From the NCBI GenBank assembly GCA_965649055.1, contig CBFGJG010000006.1, forward strand, positions 2,219-66,218: a stretch of 64,000 nt of DNA. The letters are read 5' to 3'. The notes beneath the pieces are model-generated. The model was not told the DNA's origin, did not search any database, and was given only the letters and a program-made list of their open reading frames with translations. This document shows positions 18,444 through 28,487 of the stretch, piece after piece (the stretch's first letter is position 1; each line of letters begins with the position of its first letter). The position numbers and the translations under genes are program-made. This DNA comes from a candidate division WOR-3 bacterium (GTDB lineage Bacteria > Hydrothermota > UBA3072 > B12-G15).

Positions 18444-18663
18444 TATAATTGTAGATGTAACAGGCGAGGTTTGTCCAATACCTCTGATTGAATTTAGAAA
18501 GGCAATAGCTTCTGCAAAGAAAGACGAAATAATACAGATAATAGGGACACATGAAGATTCCAAGAAAGAAATTCCACTTGCAGCTGAAGGTATGGGGCTT
18601 GAAATTATAAGCATAGAGGATGAAGGTGGTTTGTGGAAAATAACAGTAAGGAAGACTAAATAA
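18424..18663 (+). CDS. tusA: TusA-like sulfurtransferase
   Basis: It has the CPxP motif (VDVTGEVCPIP) and is 79 aa long. Confidence 0.75.
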   Translation: MNLQKPDIIVDVTGEVCPIPLIEFRKAIASAKKDEIIQIIGTHEDSKKEIPLAAEGMGLEIISIEDEGGLWKITVRKTK

Positions 18664-19907
18664 TGTTTCCGTTAAAATTTATAAGAGAAAACAAAGATAA
18701 GGTTATTGAAGGACTGAAGAAGAAAAGGACAGAAATAGATATTGAAAACCTACTTGGATTGGATGACCAGAGAAGAGAGCTTATAAAGAAAATAGACGAT
18801 ATGAGGAGTAAACAGAATAGCCTTACAAAATTAGTTTCAGAGAAGAAAAGAAAAGGTGAAGATCCTGAAAATTTGATAGATGAATTGAAGGAATTAAAAT
18901 CTTTAATCGCAGAGGGAGAAACAAAACTTGGTAAAATAGAAGACGAAATAAATAAGATTCTTATCTGGATACCAAATATTCCCCATCAATCTGTCCCGGA
19001 TAAAGAAACTATAATTTATGAATCTGAAATTATAAAATTCGACTTTGAAGTGAAAGACCATCTTACCCTTGGTAAAGCACATAACATTCTTGATTTTGAA
19101 GCAGGGGCAAAAATTGCAGGTAGTAATTTCCCTTTATATAAAGGAAAGGGTGCTATACTTGAAAGGGCATTGATAAATTTTATGTTAGATGTTCATATAA
19201 ATGAACATAATTACACAGAGGTATTCCCACCCTTTCTTGCAAGGGAAGAGTGTATGTTCGGAACAGGACAATTGCCAAAGTTAAAAGAGGATATGTATCT
19301 TATTGAGCAGGATAATCTTTACTTAAATCCTACTGCCGAAGTTCCTTTAACCAACATAGTAAGGGATGAAATCCTTGATAAAAATGAATTACCATTAAAA
19401 TTTACAGGATACACTGCATGTTTCAGGAGGGAAGCAGGTTCGTATGGTAAGGAAACAAAAGGATTGATGAGATTACATCAATTCAACAAGGTTGAGCTTG
19501 TTAAGATTGTTGAACCAGAAAAATCTTATGATGAACTTGAATCATTGTTGAATGACGCAGTGGAGATAGTAAAAAGACTGGGCCTTCCTTATAGAATATT
19601 ATTGTTACCATACAATGATATCTCCTTTGCATCTGCAAAAACATATGATATTGAGGTTTATTCTCCGGGGCTTCAAAAATGGCTTGAGGTTTCTTCGGTG
19701 AGTAATTTTGAGGATTTCCAGGCAAGAAGGGCGAATATAAGATTCAGGGATAATGGAAAAACAAGGTTTGTCCATACATTGAATGGTTCTGGGATAGCTA
19801 CACCAAGGACATTCTGCGCTATCATTGAGAATTATCAACAGAAAGATGGTAGTATTGTTGTCCCTCAGGTCCTGAGAAAATATACGGGTTTTGATAGGAT
19901 ACCATGA
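18663..19907 (+). CDS. serS: Seryl-tRNA synthetase
   Basis: It has an N-terminal coiled-coil arm and class II core motifs (FRREAGSYGKETKGLMRLHQFNKVE, GSGIATPR). Confidence 0.9.
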   Translation: MFPLKFIRENKDKVIEGLKKKRTEIDIENLLGLDDQRRELIKKIDDMRSKQNSLTKLVSEKKRKGEDPENLIDELKELKSLIAEGETKLGKIEDEINKILIWIPNIPHQSVPDKETIIYESEIIKFDFEVKDHLTLGKAHNILDFEAGAKIAGSNFPLYKGKGAILERALINFMLDVHINEHNYTEVFPPFLAREECMFGTGQLPKLKEDMYLIEQDNLYLNPTAEVPLTNIVRDEILDKNELPLKFTGYTACFRREAGSYGKETKGLMRLHQFNKVELVKIVEPEKSYDELESLLNDAVEIVKRLGLPYRILLLPYNDISFASAKTYDIEVYSPGLQKWLEVSSVSNFEDFQARRANIRFRDNGKTRFVHTLNGSGIATPRTFCAIIENYQQKDGSIVVPQVLRKYTGFDRIP

Positions 19908-20248
19908 TAGATAAATACAGTTTTGGATGCATTTCAATAAATGGGGTTGAGTATACTAAAGATGTTATAATTATTGGTGATGATGTTTTTCATCCATGGT
20001 GGAGAAAAGAGGGACATCAGGTTTTTCTTGAAGACATTGAATATCCATTGAAAAAAGGTATTGATGAGTTCATCATAGGGACAGGATATTATGGATTTGT
20101 AAAGACAAATGAGAAACTTACAGAATACTTAAAAGGTATAAATAAAAAAATTAACTGGATGAGAACAAAAGAAGCAGTTAAACTTTATAACAATATGAAA
20201 GAAGAAGAGAGAAAAAAGAAGGCATTCTGTTTGCATTTAACCTGTTAA
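19904..20248 (+). CDS. Mth938-like domain protein (DUF498)
   Basis: MIDKYSFGCISINGVEYTKDVIIIGDDV..WWRKEGH matches the Mth938-like family pattern. Confidence 0.7.
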   Translation: MIDKYSFGCISINGVEYTKDVIIIGDDVFHPWWRKEGHQVFLEDIEYPLKKGIDEFIIGTGYYGFVKTNEKLTEYLKGINKKINWMRTKEAVKLYNNMKEEERKKKAFCLHLTC

Positions 20249-20358
20249 TCATTTTTTCAGAGGTATTACATTACGAAGGAAGATATGGCCCTGTATTAGT
20301 AGGCGAAGGGGTCTTAGAATACAATAAATTTGATACACTGAATGAAGTTATATGCAGA

Positions 20359-20868
20359 TTGAGAACCAAAGGTATATTCACAAAGATATACCCTGTGAAT
20401 GATTTTTACAGGAGTATTTCAAGGTCTGATTTTACATCCATAATTTATGAAAAGGATATAAAAGAAGGAAAATACAGTGCCCATATAAAAATAAACTATT
20501 TCGATGATAGTATAGTTTATTCTGATAACAGGAAGTTCAATATAGAGAGAAGATATTATGACCTTTTCTCGGCATTATTTATGGTTAGAAATATTGAAAT
20601 TAAAGTAAATGATTCGTTAATCCTGCCAATTCATACTGGAGGCAAGCCATCTTCAATGAAGATAAAGATTGAAGACGGTGGTATCATTGAAACCGGTTTG
20701 GGAAAGGAAAAAACAATACTTCTTATTCCTTATATTAAGGATGAAAAGGTCTTCGGAAAAGATGGCGAATTAAAGATTTACATATCCTGTGATGATAAAA
20801 TACCAGTTCTTATAAAGAGTAAATTATTCTTTGGAGAATTAAGTTTTATTTTGAAATGGAAGGAATAA
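20359..20868 (+). CDS. Hypothetical protein (169 aa), translationally coupled to the RNase H gene
   Basis: The track begins at a TTG and there is no ATG near the 5' end. I recognise no family. The 3' end overlaps the rnhA ATG by 13 nt. Confidence 0.45.
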   Translation: MRTKGIFTKIYPVNDFYRSISRSDFTSIIYEKDIKEGKYSAHIKINYFDDSIVYSDNRKFNIERRYYDLFSALFMVRNIEIKVNDSLILPIHTGGKPSSMKIKIEDGGIIETGLGKEKTILLIPYIKDEKVFGKDGELKIYISCDDKIPVLIKSKLFFGELSFILKWKE

Positions 20869-21251
20869 AGATATATACAGATGGTTCTTCTCTGGGTAAT
20901 CCCGGTAAATCATCATATTCGTTTATAATTTTAAAAGATGGCAAAATAATAATTAAAAAAAAGGGAGAACTCGGGATAAAGACAAATAATCAGGCAGAAT
21001 ATATTGCAGTTATTGAAGCCTTGAAAGAGGCATTAAGAAATGGTTTTAAAAATGTTGACATATATTCTGATAGTTTGCTTCTTATAAATCAGATAAATGG
21101 AAAATATAAGGTTAAGAGTGAAAATATAAAAAATCTTTTTATGGAAATTAACAGATTAAAAGAAAGATTTGAATCTATAAGTTTTAATTATATTTCAAGG
21201 GACAATGAATTTTTAAAATTAGTTCATAAAGAAGCAAAAAATAAAAAATGA
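20856..21251 (+). CDS. rnhA: Ribonuclease H (type 1, short form)
   Basis: It has the catalytic DEDD residues in conserved contexts (IYTDGSS, NNQAEYIAVIEAL, YSDS). It is 131 aa long. Confidence 0.8.
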   Translation: MEGIKIYTDGSSLGNPGKSSYSFIILKDGKIIIKKKGELGIKTNNQAEYIAVIEALKEALRNGFKNVDIYSDSLLLINQINGKYKVKSENIKNLFMEINRLKERFESISFNYISRDNEFLKLVHKEAKNKK

Positions 21252-21311
21252 GAAGTTTGTGAAACATAGGTATAGCTTTGTCTATTTCTTTTCATACTCC
21301 TTTTTTGTTCA

Positions 21312-22478
21312 GTGGTTTATGCTCAAAATAACTATGAAAAAGGAATAATTCAGGCATTTCTTGACAAATATTTTTTATCAAGTATTATAGAAACAATGAA
21401 AATATTTAAGAGAATCTTAGAAATAATTTATCCACTGGTTTTTATATATTTATTTCTATTCGGTATAAAACTACTTGAAATATCCCTTGCCTGCTACGGT
21501 GAATCACTATCAAAATTACTTGTTGAGTTATGTGGAAATCCTTTTGTTGGGCTTTTTGTTGGTATACTTTTCACAGCAATTATTCAATCTTCGTCTGCTA
21601 CAACATCTATGACAGTAGGTCTTGTAGCAAGTGGACTTATTAATATCAGGGGTGCTATACCAATAATTCTCGGGGCAAATATTGGAACTACAATTACAAA
21701 TACACTTATTTCGTTCACCCATATTACAAGGAAAGATGAGTTTAAAAATGCATTCGTTGCATCAATAATTCACGATGTTTTTAATATACTAAATGTAATA
21801 TTGTTTTTCCCAGTAGAGATGAAATTCCATATTCTCGAAAATATATCTTATAATCTTACCGGTTTTTTTATAAGGTCTAAAGGTGCAACATTTAAATCAC
21901 CACTTAAGATAATTGTTGAGCCTTTATGTAAATCTTTCCATTCAATCTTTAATAAATTTAATTTTATTCCATTAATATTATCACTTATCATAATATTTGT
22001 TTCATTGTATTTTCTTGTTAAGATATTAAGAAAAGAAGCGAGCGGTAAAATGGAGATCTTAATAGATAGATTCCTTTTTAAGAATACATTTTCATCTTTT
22101 ATGCTTGGTCTTTCATTGACTGCATTCATACAATCCTCATCAATAACAACATCATTAATAGTCCCAATTGCAGGTGCAGGCATCTTGAGTATTGAAAAGA
22201 TCTTTCCTTATGTTCTTGGTGCGAATATAGGAACAACGATTACTGCACTTCTTGCCTCCCTTGTTACCGGCAAAGCAGTTGCTGTCCAGATTGCATTAAC
22301 TCATACACTTTTTAATGTATTTGGAACAATGATATTTCTTCCTTTTAGATTTATACCTATTTTTATTTCAAAAAAATTAGGTCTTTTCCTTTCTCAGAGA
22401 AGGGCACTTGCATTTTTATATATATCGCTTATATTTTTTATTATACCTTTATTTTTAATAATAATAACCTGGAGGTAA
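21312..22478 (+). CDS. Na+/phosphate cotransporter family protein (NptA-like, PF02690 repeats)
   Basis: It has duplicated QSSSATTSM / QSSSITTSL motifs. The start is uncertain and may be the M at about 21399. Confidence 0.75.
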   Translation: MVYAQNNYEKGIIQAFLDKYFLSSIIETMKIFKRILEIIYPLVFIYLFLFGIKLLEISLACYGESLSKLLVELCGNPFVGLFVGILFTAIIQSSSATTSMTVGLVASGLINIRGAIPIILGANIGTTITNTLISFTHITRKDEFKNAFVASIIHDVFNILNVILFFPVEMKFHILENISYNLTGFFIRSKGATFKSPLKIIVEPLCKSFHSIFNKFNFIPLILSLIIIFVSLYFLVKILRKEASGKMEILIDRFLFKNTFSSFMLGLSLTAFIQSSSITTSLIVPIAGAGILSIEKIFPYVLGANIGTTITALLASLVTGKAVAVQIALTHTLFNVFGTMIFLPFRFIPIFISKKLGLFLSQRRALAFLYISLIFFIIPLFLIIITWR

Positions 22479-22479
22479 A

Positions 22480-23127
22480 ATGGATGTTTTTTCATTTTGG
22501 AAAGAATCAAGCCTTTTAAGCATAGCAAAGAAGGAAGTTATAAAGATGCTTGAGAAGTCAAAAGAGATGTATATTTATTCAGTGAATGCAGTATTTGAGA
22601 AACACGAAGTCCCCGTTGATATTTATAAATATGACCAGGAGCTTAATAAAATGCAGATAGATATAAGAAAGAAAGTCCTTGAACATCTTTCTATATCACC
22701 TGCTCAGGATATAAGTTTCTCACTTACACTTATAAACCTCGTTGTTGATATAGAAAGGGTTGGTGATTACTCAAAGAATCTACTTGAGCTTGCACAGAAA
22801 TATCCAGAGAAATTAACAGGGAATTATGTAGAAGAACTAAAGGATATTCATAAAATTGTCATTGAAAATTTTTCTAAAACTATTAATGCATATACAAATG
22901 AGGATAAGGAAATTGGTAAAGAAGTAATGGAAACACATGCTAATCTTGCAGTCAGGTGTGAAGATGTTATTGATAAGATAATTGACGATGAGAAAATAGG
23001 TTCAAGAATGGGAATAATCCTTGTTCTTCTTGCAAGGTATTTAAAACGTGTTAGCGCACACCTTAAGAATGTTGCTTCAAGTGTTGTTAACCCTTTTTAT
23101 ATGCTTGGGTATAAACCTGAATTTTAG
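22480..23127 (+). CDS. PhoU-domain protein, a separate C-terminal module of the Na/Pi cotransporter
   Basis: It has PhoU-like helices (DIERVGDYSKNL). It has its own GGAGG RBS inside the 3' end of nptA, so it is a natural split and not a frameshift. Confidence 0.65.
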   Translation: MDVFSFWKESSLLSIAKKEVIKMLEKSKEMYIYSVNAVFEKHEVPVDIYKYDQELNKMQIDIRKKVLEHLSISPAQDISFSLTLINLVVDIERVGDYSKNLLELAQKYPEKLTGNYVEELKDIHKIVIENFSKTINAYTNEDKEIGKEVMETHANLAVRCEDVIDKIIDDEKIGSRMGIILVLLARYLKRVSAHLKNVASSVVNPFYMLGYKPEF

Positions 23128-23129
23128 AT

Positions 23130-23852
23130 ATGCTTTTGTTTTTTATAATTATGCAAGCTGACTTCCAGATAGAAAGAGAAGGTATGTTCGAGGTTATTAA
23201 AGAAGTTGAATTTTACGATAAAAATGTTCTTCTCGGAAAATATAATTATAGAAATTCAAAGGATTTTGTTATCGTTGATGAAAGTCTTTCAGTAAAAAAG
23301 GGGATATATTTAAGAAAAGATGTTTATAATGCATTCAAAAAAATGGCGGAAGATGCAAGGAAAGAAGGGATAATGCTAAAGATAGTCTCAGGGACAAGGG
23401 ATTTTTATCAACAGAAAATCATCTGGGAGAAGAAGTTTCAGGAGATAATAAATAAGAAGAAAGGAAGGATTGATACTCTGATGATATGTAAGGAAATATT
23501 AAAGTATTCCGCAATGCCAGGAACATCGAGACATCACTGGGGAACTGAAATTGATCTGAATAGCACCGAGAAGTCTTACTTTGAGACCGAATATGGTAAA
23601 ATGGTTTATAAGTGGCTTAAGGAAAATGCAAAGAGGTATGGATTCTGTAATCCCTATTCTGACTCTGTTTTTTCAGGGTATAATGAAGAAAGATGGCACT
23701 GGAGTTATATGCCTCTGAGTAAGAGATTTTTTGAAGGATATATATCTTTGATAAATTACGAGGATATAAAAGGCTTTATTGGTTGTGAAAAAGCGAAAGA
23801 ATTGAATGTGATTGAAAAATATGTAAAAAACATAAATAAGGAATGCGAATAA
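23130..23852 (+). CDS. M15B (VanY-like) D-alanyl-D-alanine carboxypeptidase
   Basis: It has the LAS metallopeptidase motifs SGTRDF and SRHHWGTEIDL. Confidence 0.65.
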   Translation: MLLFFIIMQADFQIEREGMFEVIKEVEFYDKNVLLGKYNYRNSKDFVIVDESLSVKKGIYLRKDVYNAFKKMAEDARKEGIMLKIVSGTRDFYQQKIIWEKKFQEIINKKKGRIDTLMICKEILKYSAMPGTSRHHWGTEIDLNSTEKSYFETEYGKMVYKWLKENAKRYGFCNPYSDSVFSGYNEERWHWSYMPLSKRFFEGYISLINYEDIKGFIGCEKAKELNVIEKYVKNINKECE

Positions 23853-23858
23853 TTATCC

Positions 23859-23886
23859 TTGAAAAAGTTTATAAATCTATTATATT
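23859..23886 (+). promoter_or_regulatory. Sigma70-like promoter of tRNA-Val
   Basis: TTGAAA (23859-64) is followed by a 16-nt spacer and TATATT (23881-86). The predicted TSS lies about at the mature tRNA 5' end. Confidence 0.45.
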
Positions 23887-23894
23887 TATAAAAA

Positions 23895-23968
23895 GGGCGA
23901 ATGGCTCAGATGGTGAGAGCGCCTGCCTTACAAGCAGGAGGTCAGAGGTTCGAATCCTCTTTCGCCCA
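23895..23968 (+). tRNA. tRNA-Val (anticodon UAC)
   Basis: I folded a 74-nt cloverleaf by hand. The acceptor is GGGCGAA/TTCGCCC, the D stem is GCTC/GAGC, the anticodon stem is CCTGC/GCAGG with loop cTTACaa, and the T arm is AGAGG-TTCGAAT-CCTCT. The discriminator is A and no CCA is encoded. Confidence 0.9.
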
Positions 23969-23985
23969 TATTAAAGGAGGTTGAT

Positions 23986-24483
23986 ATGAAAGGATTCTCA
24001 AGGGATTCAAAGAGGCTCGGTAGAAAATTCAACGACCCATATCTTACAACAGAATTTAAAGAACCAAATATATGTCCAAAATGTGAAGCGGTTTATACTA
24101 ATAAAAGATGGACTTTTGATGGAAAAACAAGGGAAAAAATAAAAATAGATGGTAAGTATGAAAAAAAGGTCTGCCCTGCCTGTAAAAAAATAGAAGATAA
24201 TTATACAATGGGCATACTTGAAATATCCGGTTCATTTGTTAAAGAACATTATGAAGATGTTATGAGAAGGATTTACAATGAAGAAGAGAAGGCAAAATAT
24301 ATGAACCCACTTGAAAGGATATTAAAAATTTACAGGAAAGGTGATTCTGTTTTTGTAGAGACAATATCAGAGAATCTAGCAGTAAGGCTTGGTAAGGCAT
24401 TAAAAAAGTCTTTTAAAGGAGAACTTGAAGTGAAATTCTCGGAACAGGACAAAGTTTCAAGGGCTTACTGGAAAAGAGATTAA
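23986..24483 (+). CDS. Hypothetical protein with an N-terminal CxxC...CxxC zinc ribbon
   Basis: It has CPKCEAV...CPACKK followed by an unrecognised ~100-aa domain. Confidence 0.5.
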   Translation: MKGFSRDSKRLGRKFNDPYLTTEFKEPNICPKCEAVYTNKRWTFDGKTREKIKIDGKYEKKVCPACKKIEDNYTMGILEISGSFVKEHYEDVMRRIYNEEEKAKYMNPLERILKIYRKGDSVFVETISENLAVRLGKALKKSFKGELEVKFSEQDKVSRAYWKRD

Positions 24484-24899
24484 ATATTTTTAAAAAGTAT
24501 ATTTAGTAATACATTATTAGTTAATATACCAACAAGTTTTCCATCTGATACGATTAATAAAGTGTCAACTCCTTCTGATTCCATAAGCGCTATTGCATTT
24601 GTTATATTCTCTTCACTCTCAATAGTTGGATACTCCCATTCCATAACATCATCAACAAGATAAATGGAAGGATAGTCTTCTATAATATCGAGGCTCGAAA
24701 TACCGCTTTCTTCAATGAATGAAAGGAATGGCCAGATCAGGTCTCTTCTTCTTAAAGCACCTATTAGGTTATCTTTTTCATCAACAACAGGCAGAACATC
24801 TATCTCAGGAGAACCCTTCAAAATATTTATAGCCTTCTCAATTGTGTCTTCTCTTGAAAGCCTTATCGGATCTTGAATCATAATATCTTTTACTTTCAT
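24480..24899 (-). CDS. CBS-pair domain protein
   Basis: It contains two CBS motifs and nothing else. It is 139 aa long. Confidence 0.7.
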   Translation of the reverse strand: MKVKDIMIQDPIRLSREDTIEKAINILKGSPEIDVLPVVDEKDNLIGALRRRDLIWPFLSFIEESGISSLDIIEDYPSIYLVDDVMEWEYPTIESEENITNAIALMESEGVDTLLIVSDGKLVGILTNNVLLNILFKNI

Positions 24900-25042
24900 A
24901 TTATTATTTTAGCAGCACAAAAAATTATGTCAAGTATTTATTAAAAAAATTGTTAGCTAAATTTTAAAAGTAGACTTAGTATACTTGACATTTATTACAA
25001 ATTTGATATTTTAAATTCAATTAGAATAAACAAGGAGGAACA

Positions 25043-25546
25043 ATGAAAAACTTGTTTTTTTTATCATTACTTTTAGCATTAAATATATTCGCTTTCGATG
25101 AATTTCTTGAGAATGTTAACTATATTGATTTTTCTTCAGGCGGTCCTGAAGGAACAATTTATCTTATGAGGCTTGTTGGTGCAGATATAACAGACCAGGA
25201 TGATAAATCTTCACATTTAAGGATTACTGTTCCGGGAGGATTTGTGGCATTTAGGTTTGAGATAACAGAAGATATTGTAAATTTTGAGACACCTGTAAAA
25301 CTTATTATAAAACAATTAACCTCTTATAGTTTTAATAAACCTGGATATTCACCAATAGAGATATATGTTAACAATGATATAGCATTTTTTGAAAGGTATC
25401 CTGGTAAATGGCGTAAAGGTGGTTGGGATATACAGGTTTATGATATTTCACCTTATGTTAAGAAAGGGATGAATGATCTTGTTATAAAACTTAGGAGTGA
25501 AGCAAGAACCCATTATTGGTTGAAATGGATTATTATTGCATATTAA
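25043..25546 (+). CDS. Secreted hypothetical protein
   Basis: It has an N-terminal signal peptide. A TTGACA (24985-90) ... TATTTT promoter and an AAGGAGG RBS lie upstream. Confidence 0.5.
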   Translation: MKNLFFLSLLLALNIFAFDEFLENVNYIDFSSGGPEGTIYLMRLVGADITDQDDKSSHLRITVPGGFVAFRFEITEDIVNFETPVKLIIKQLTSYSFNKPGYSPIEIYVNNDIAFFERYPGKWRKGGWDIQVYDISPYVKKGMNDLVIKLRSEARTHYWLKWIIIAY

Positions 25547-25948
25547 AAAGGGCAAAGTATTTTATTATAAATTTAAAAATCATTTTTATAAATAAACACA
25601 GTTAAATTGATCCAAAGATAGAAGTCTCTGAGCATAATGGGATATCTGATTTTATAATCTAATTATCAGTTAATTATAAGAAACGATTTAGCCATTCCGA
25701 GTTTTAAACCCTTATTTAATATGTTATCAAAACCTTGGGGAATCCGATTCTTTAAAATCAGAAATTACCACGAACTGAGTATATTGATTATGTAAATAAT
25801 TTCAATGTTCGTAATATCTTTTTTGTCATTAAAAATTGTGAAACAATGTGGCAATCTCTTTTTCATATCAAAAATTTAAACCTTATGACTGATAAAGAGT
25901 ATTTCATACCATGTGCATGAACTTTTCCAATTTTTTTTCATTATATAC

Positions 25949-25977
25949 TTGACAAATTCACAATTTTTTTGTAATTA
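25949..25977 (+). promoter_or_regulatory. Sigma70-like promoter placed for leaderless expression of the substrate-binding-protein gene
   Basis: TTGACA (25949-54) is followed by a 17-nt spacer and TAATTA (25972-77). The ATG lies at 25984, 7 nt downstream, where the TSS is expected. Confidence 0.45.
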
Positions 25978-25983
25978 TTAAAT

Positions 25984-26859
25984 ATGAAAAAAATATTATT
26001 TTTATGTTTTTTTACGATTCCCTTGCTGGGTCAGATTGCATTGTTACAATGGAGTAATGAAGGCTTTTATAAAGATATAGAAACGAAATATCTGAACAAC
26101 CTACAATGGAGTGTGGATGTCTATAATATTGCAGGTAATTTAAAAGAGATTCCAAATGTTGTATCAAAGATAAAACAAAGAGAATACAAAATAGTAATTA
26201 TTATTGGTGATGAAATATTGCAGAATATATTGAATGATTTTGTTGAAACACCGGTTGTTTTTCTTGGATGTTCAAACACTTCTACATTATTAGGGGAAAG
26301 AAAAAACTTTACCGGGATTGAGAAAACAATCACCGGAACAACTACAGTGAATACAATATTAAAAATCCTACCCAACATAAAAAAAATTGGGATGATTATA
26401 AAAGAATTTACACCTTTATCCGAAAGAATTTCCAAGATATTTAATGAAAAAGGTATAGAGGTTGAAAAGATAGTTGCTGATAACCCTGCTGCAGTAAACA
26501 CAGCATTAAAATTCCTGACAGATGTTGACTTGATTATGATGATGCCGGATGAGCTGAATCGAGATAACGCAACATTTAAATTCCTTCTAATGTATTCACA
26601 GAAAACATTTGTCCCGATAGTTGGTATAGACAAAGCATATGTGAAAGCAGGTGCTTTACTCTCCATCAGTGTAAATATAAATTTTATAGCTGAAAAAGGT
26701 GTAGAATATACAAAAAAAATATTGAATGGTATACCCCCATCAGAACTTCCAATACTTACATCCGAAGCATCATATGTAATCAATGTGAAGGTTGCTGAAA
26801 AATACAAAATAAATATAGATGAGAAGGTTTTAAACTCTGCGGAGGAGATAATAAAATGA
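25984..26859 (+). CDS. ABC-transporter-type periplasmic substrate-binding protein (PF04392-like), a sensor-associated binding protein
   Basis: It has a signal peptide and a two-lobe PBP pattern. It is translationally coupled to the downstream MCP with a 4-nt overlap. Confidence 0.6.
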   Translation: MKKILFLCFFTIPLLGQIALLQWSNEGFYKDIETKYLNNLQWSVDVYNIAGNLKEIPNVVSKIKQREYKIVIIIGDEILQNILNDFVETPVVFLGCSNTSTLLGERKNFTGIEKTITGTTTVNTILKILPNIKKIGMIIKEFTPLSERISKIFNEKGIEVEKIVADNPAAVNTALKFLTDVDLIMMMPDELNRDNATFKFLLMYSQKTFVPIVGIDKAYVKAGALLSISVNINFIAEKGVEYTKKILNGIPPSELPILTSEASYVINVKVAEKYKINIDEKVLNSAEEIIK

Positions 26860-28487
26860 AAAGAAAATACTTAAAAGATTTTAAAAGCATTATACTTATC
26901 ATTGGTTCCCTTATAATAATTCCATACATTTCTATTGGAATATTGAACTTTATTAATTTTTATTCTTTCTCTAATTATCTTGTTGCAGAAGAAAGGGATA
27001 TTATATTCAGGATAGCTGGTCCATCACTTGAGCTTGGTATATATAGTAATGACTCTACTTTAATGTTAAGTGGTATTAAAAACCTTCTCTCGCTCAGGAA
27101 TGTGAAAGGTATAAATATTTATAACTTATCCGGGGAATTAATCTATTCAAAATTAACTGTAAATCTACCCAAACCATTGTCTCAAAAAGATGTATCTAAA
27201 TACAAATATATAAGATACAAAGATAGAAATATTGTTTCAATAAAAGGACCGCTTTATTCTGAATCAGGTTCAGAAATAGGTATTCTTGAAATCATATTCA
27301 GTCTTGAATTTATTGCAAGATGGAGAAACAATATTATTTATTCTTTGATATTTTTCCTCTTATTGCTTGCAATATTCATGTCTTTTATTATTTACCATCT
27401 TAATACGGCAGTATTCAATCAATTCAGGTACATAACTACTGAATTAAAGAAATTGGCAGAAGGTAAAGGTGATTTAACACAGAGACTAACATTTGAAGGT
27501 ATTGAAGAATTAAACTCTTTAAGAGATAACGTAAATAAATTTATAGATTTTCTTACATTAACAACAAGAAATTTGAAATCAATTGCTGAACAACTTTTTG
27601 CACAGGGAGAACAATTAAGTTCTTCATCTGAAGAAATGAGTGCATCAAGTGAAGAAATATCATCAACAATACAGGGTATTTCACAATCTTCGGAAAAATT
27701 AACATCAGAGATTCAAAAATCTGTTGATATGTCAAAGAAAGCACTTGAAGTGGTTAAAAATTCAGTCGAAACCGCAGTCGAAGCAGAAGAAACATCTAAA
27801 AATATATATGCATTCTCAATAGAAGCTGAAAGGTTTGCATCTGATTCACACAAAAAAATGGACGAAATTGCAAACCTTATGAAATCTCTGAACTCTTCAA
27901 TTATGGAAGTTGCTGGAAGGACAAAGAAAATAAATGAGATTGCAGAAACTGTGTCATTCATAACAAAAAGGACAAATATATTATCTCTCAATGCAACCAT
28001 TGAAGCTGCAAGGGCTGGTGAATTTGGAAGAGGATTTGCAGTTGTAGCAGAAGAAATAGGTAAACTTGCCCAAAGGTCGCAGACTTTTACAGAAGAAATC
28101 GCAGAGATAGTATCTGAGATTTCCCAGGTTATTAACTCTGTTGTTGAGAAGGCTAACAATGCGATGATAGTTGTAGAAGATGGAAAAAGGACTATATTTG
28201 GTGGGGTTGAATATCTAAAAAAGATTGCAAATGAAATAAAGATAATAACAGATAATGCCAAAAAAATTGCAGAAATAAATAAGAAAGGAGAAGAAGAAGT
28301 AAATACCATAAATGAATCAATAGAGAATATTGCTGCTATATCAGAACAGAATGCTGCTTCTTCCGAAGAGATTTCCGCAGCTGTCCAGGAACTTGTTGCT
28401 TCAATCCAGGAACTAACTAAGTCATCACAGGAACTTGTTTCACTTGCTGATAAACTGAATCAGATAGTTGGTGGATTTAAGGTTTAG
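26856..28487 (+). CDS. Methyl-accepting chemotaxis protein
   Basis: It has an N-terminal TM segment, a periplasmic domain, a second TM segment and a HAMP domain. The highly conserved MCP signaling domain ([36 protein letters not shown]) follows. Confidence 0.85.
   Translation: MKRKYLKDFKSIILIIGSLIIIPYISIGILNFINFYSFSNYLVAEERDIIFRIAGPSLELGIYSNDSTLMLSGIKNLLSLRNVKGINIYNLSGELIYSKLTVNLPKPLSQKDVSKYKYIRYKDRNIVSIKGPLYSESGSEIGILEIIFSLEFIARWRNNIIYSLIFFLLLLAIFMSFIIYHLNTAVFNQFRYITTELKKLAEGKGDLTQRLTFEGIEELNSLRDNVNKFIDFLTLTTRNLKSIAEQLFAQGEQLSSSSEEMSASSEEISSTIQGISQSSEKLTSEIQKSVDMSKKALEVVKNSVETAVEAEETSKNIYAFSIEAERFASDSHKKMDEIANLMKSLNSSIMEVAGRTKKINEIAETVSFITKRTNILSLNATIEAARAGEFGRGFAVVAEEIGKLAQRSQTFTEEIAEIVSEISQVINSVVEKANNAMIVVEDGKRTIFGGVEYLKKIANEIKIITDNAKKIAEINKKGEEEVNTINESIENIAAISEQNAASSEEISAAVQELVASIQELTKSSQELVSLADKLNQIVGGFKV

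Noticed and set aside
22440-22500. Possible frameshift or pseudogene splitting the Na/Pi cotransporter from its PhoU domain.
   Set aside because: A clean stop codon is followed by a well-spaced GGAGG and an ATG. This looks like a natural two-gene arrangement.
26121-26807. A 228-aa ORF antisense to the substrate-binding-protein gene. Similar antisense ORFs occur at 27713-28309, 15462-15935, 3405-3845, 45521-45868, 55553-56683 and elsewhere.
   Set aside because: They lie entirely within strongly supported genes on the opposite strand and have low-complexity, Ser/Ile-rich composition typical of mirror-frame artefacts. No RBS is present.
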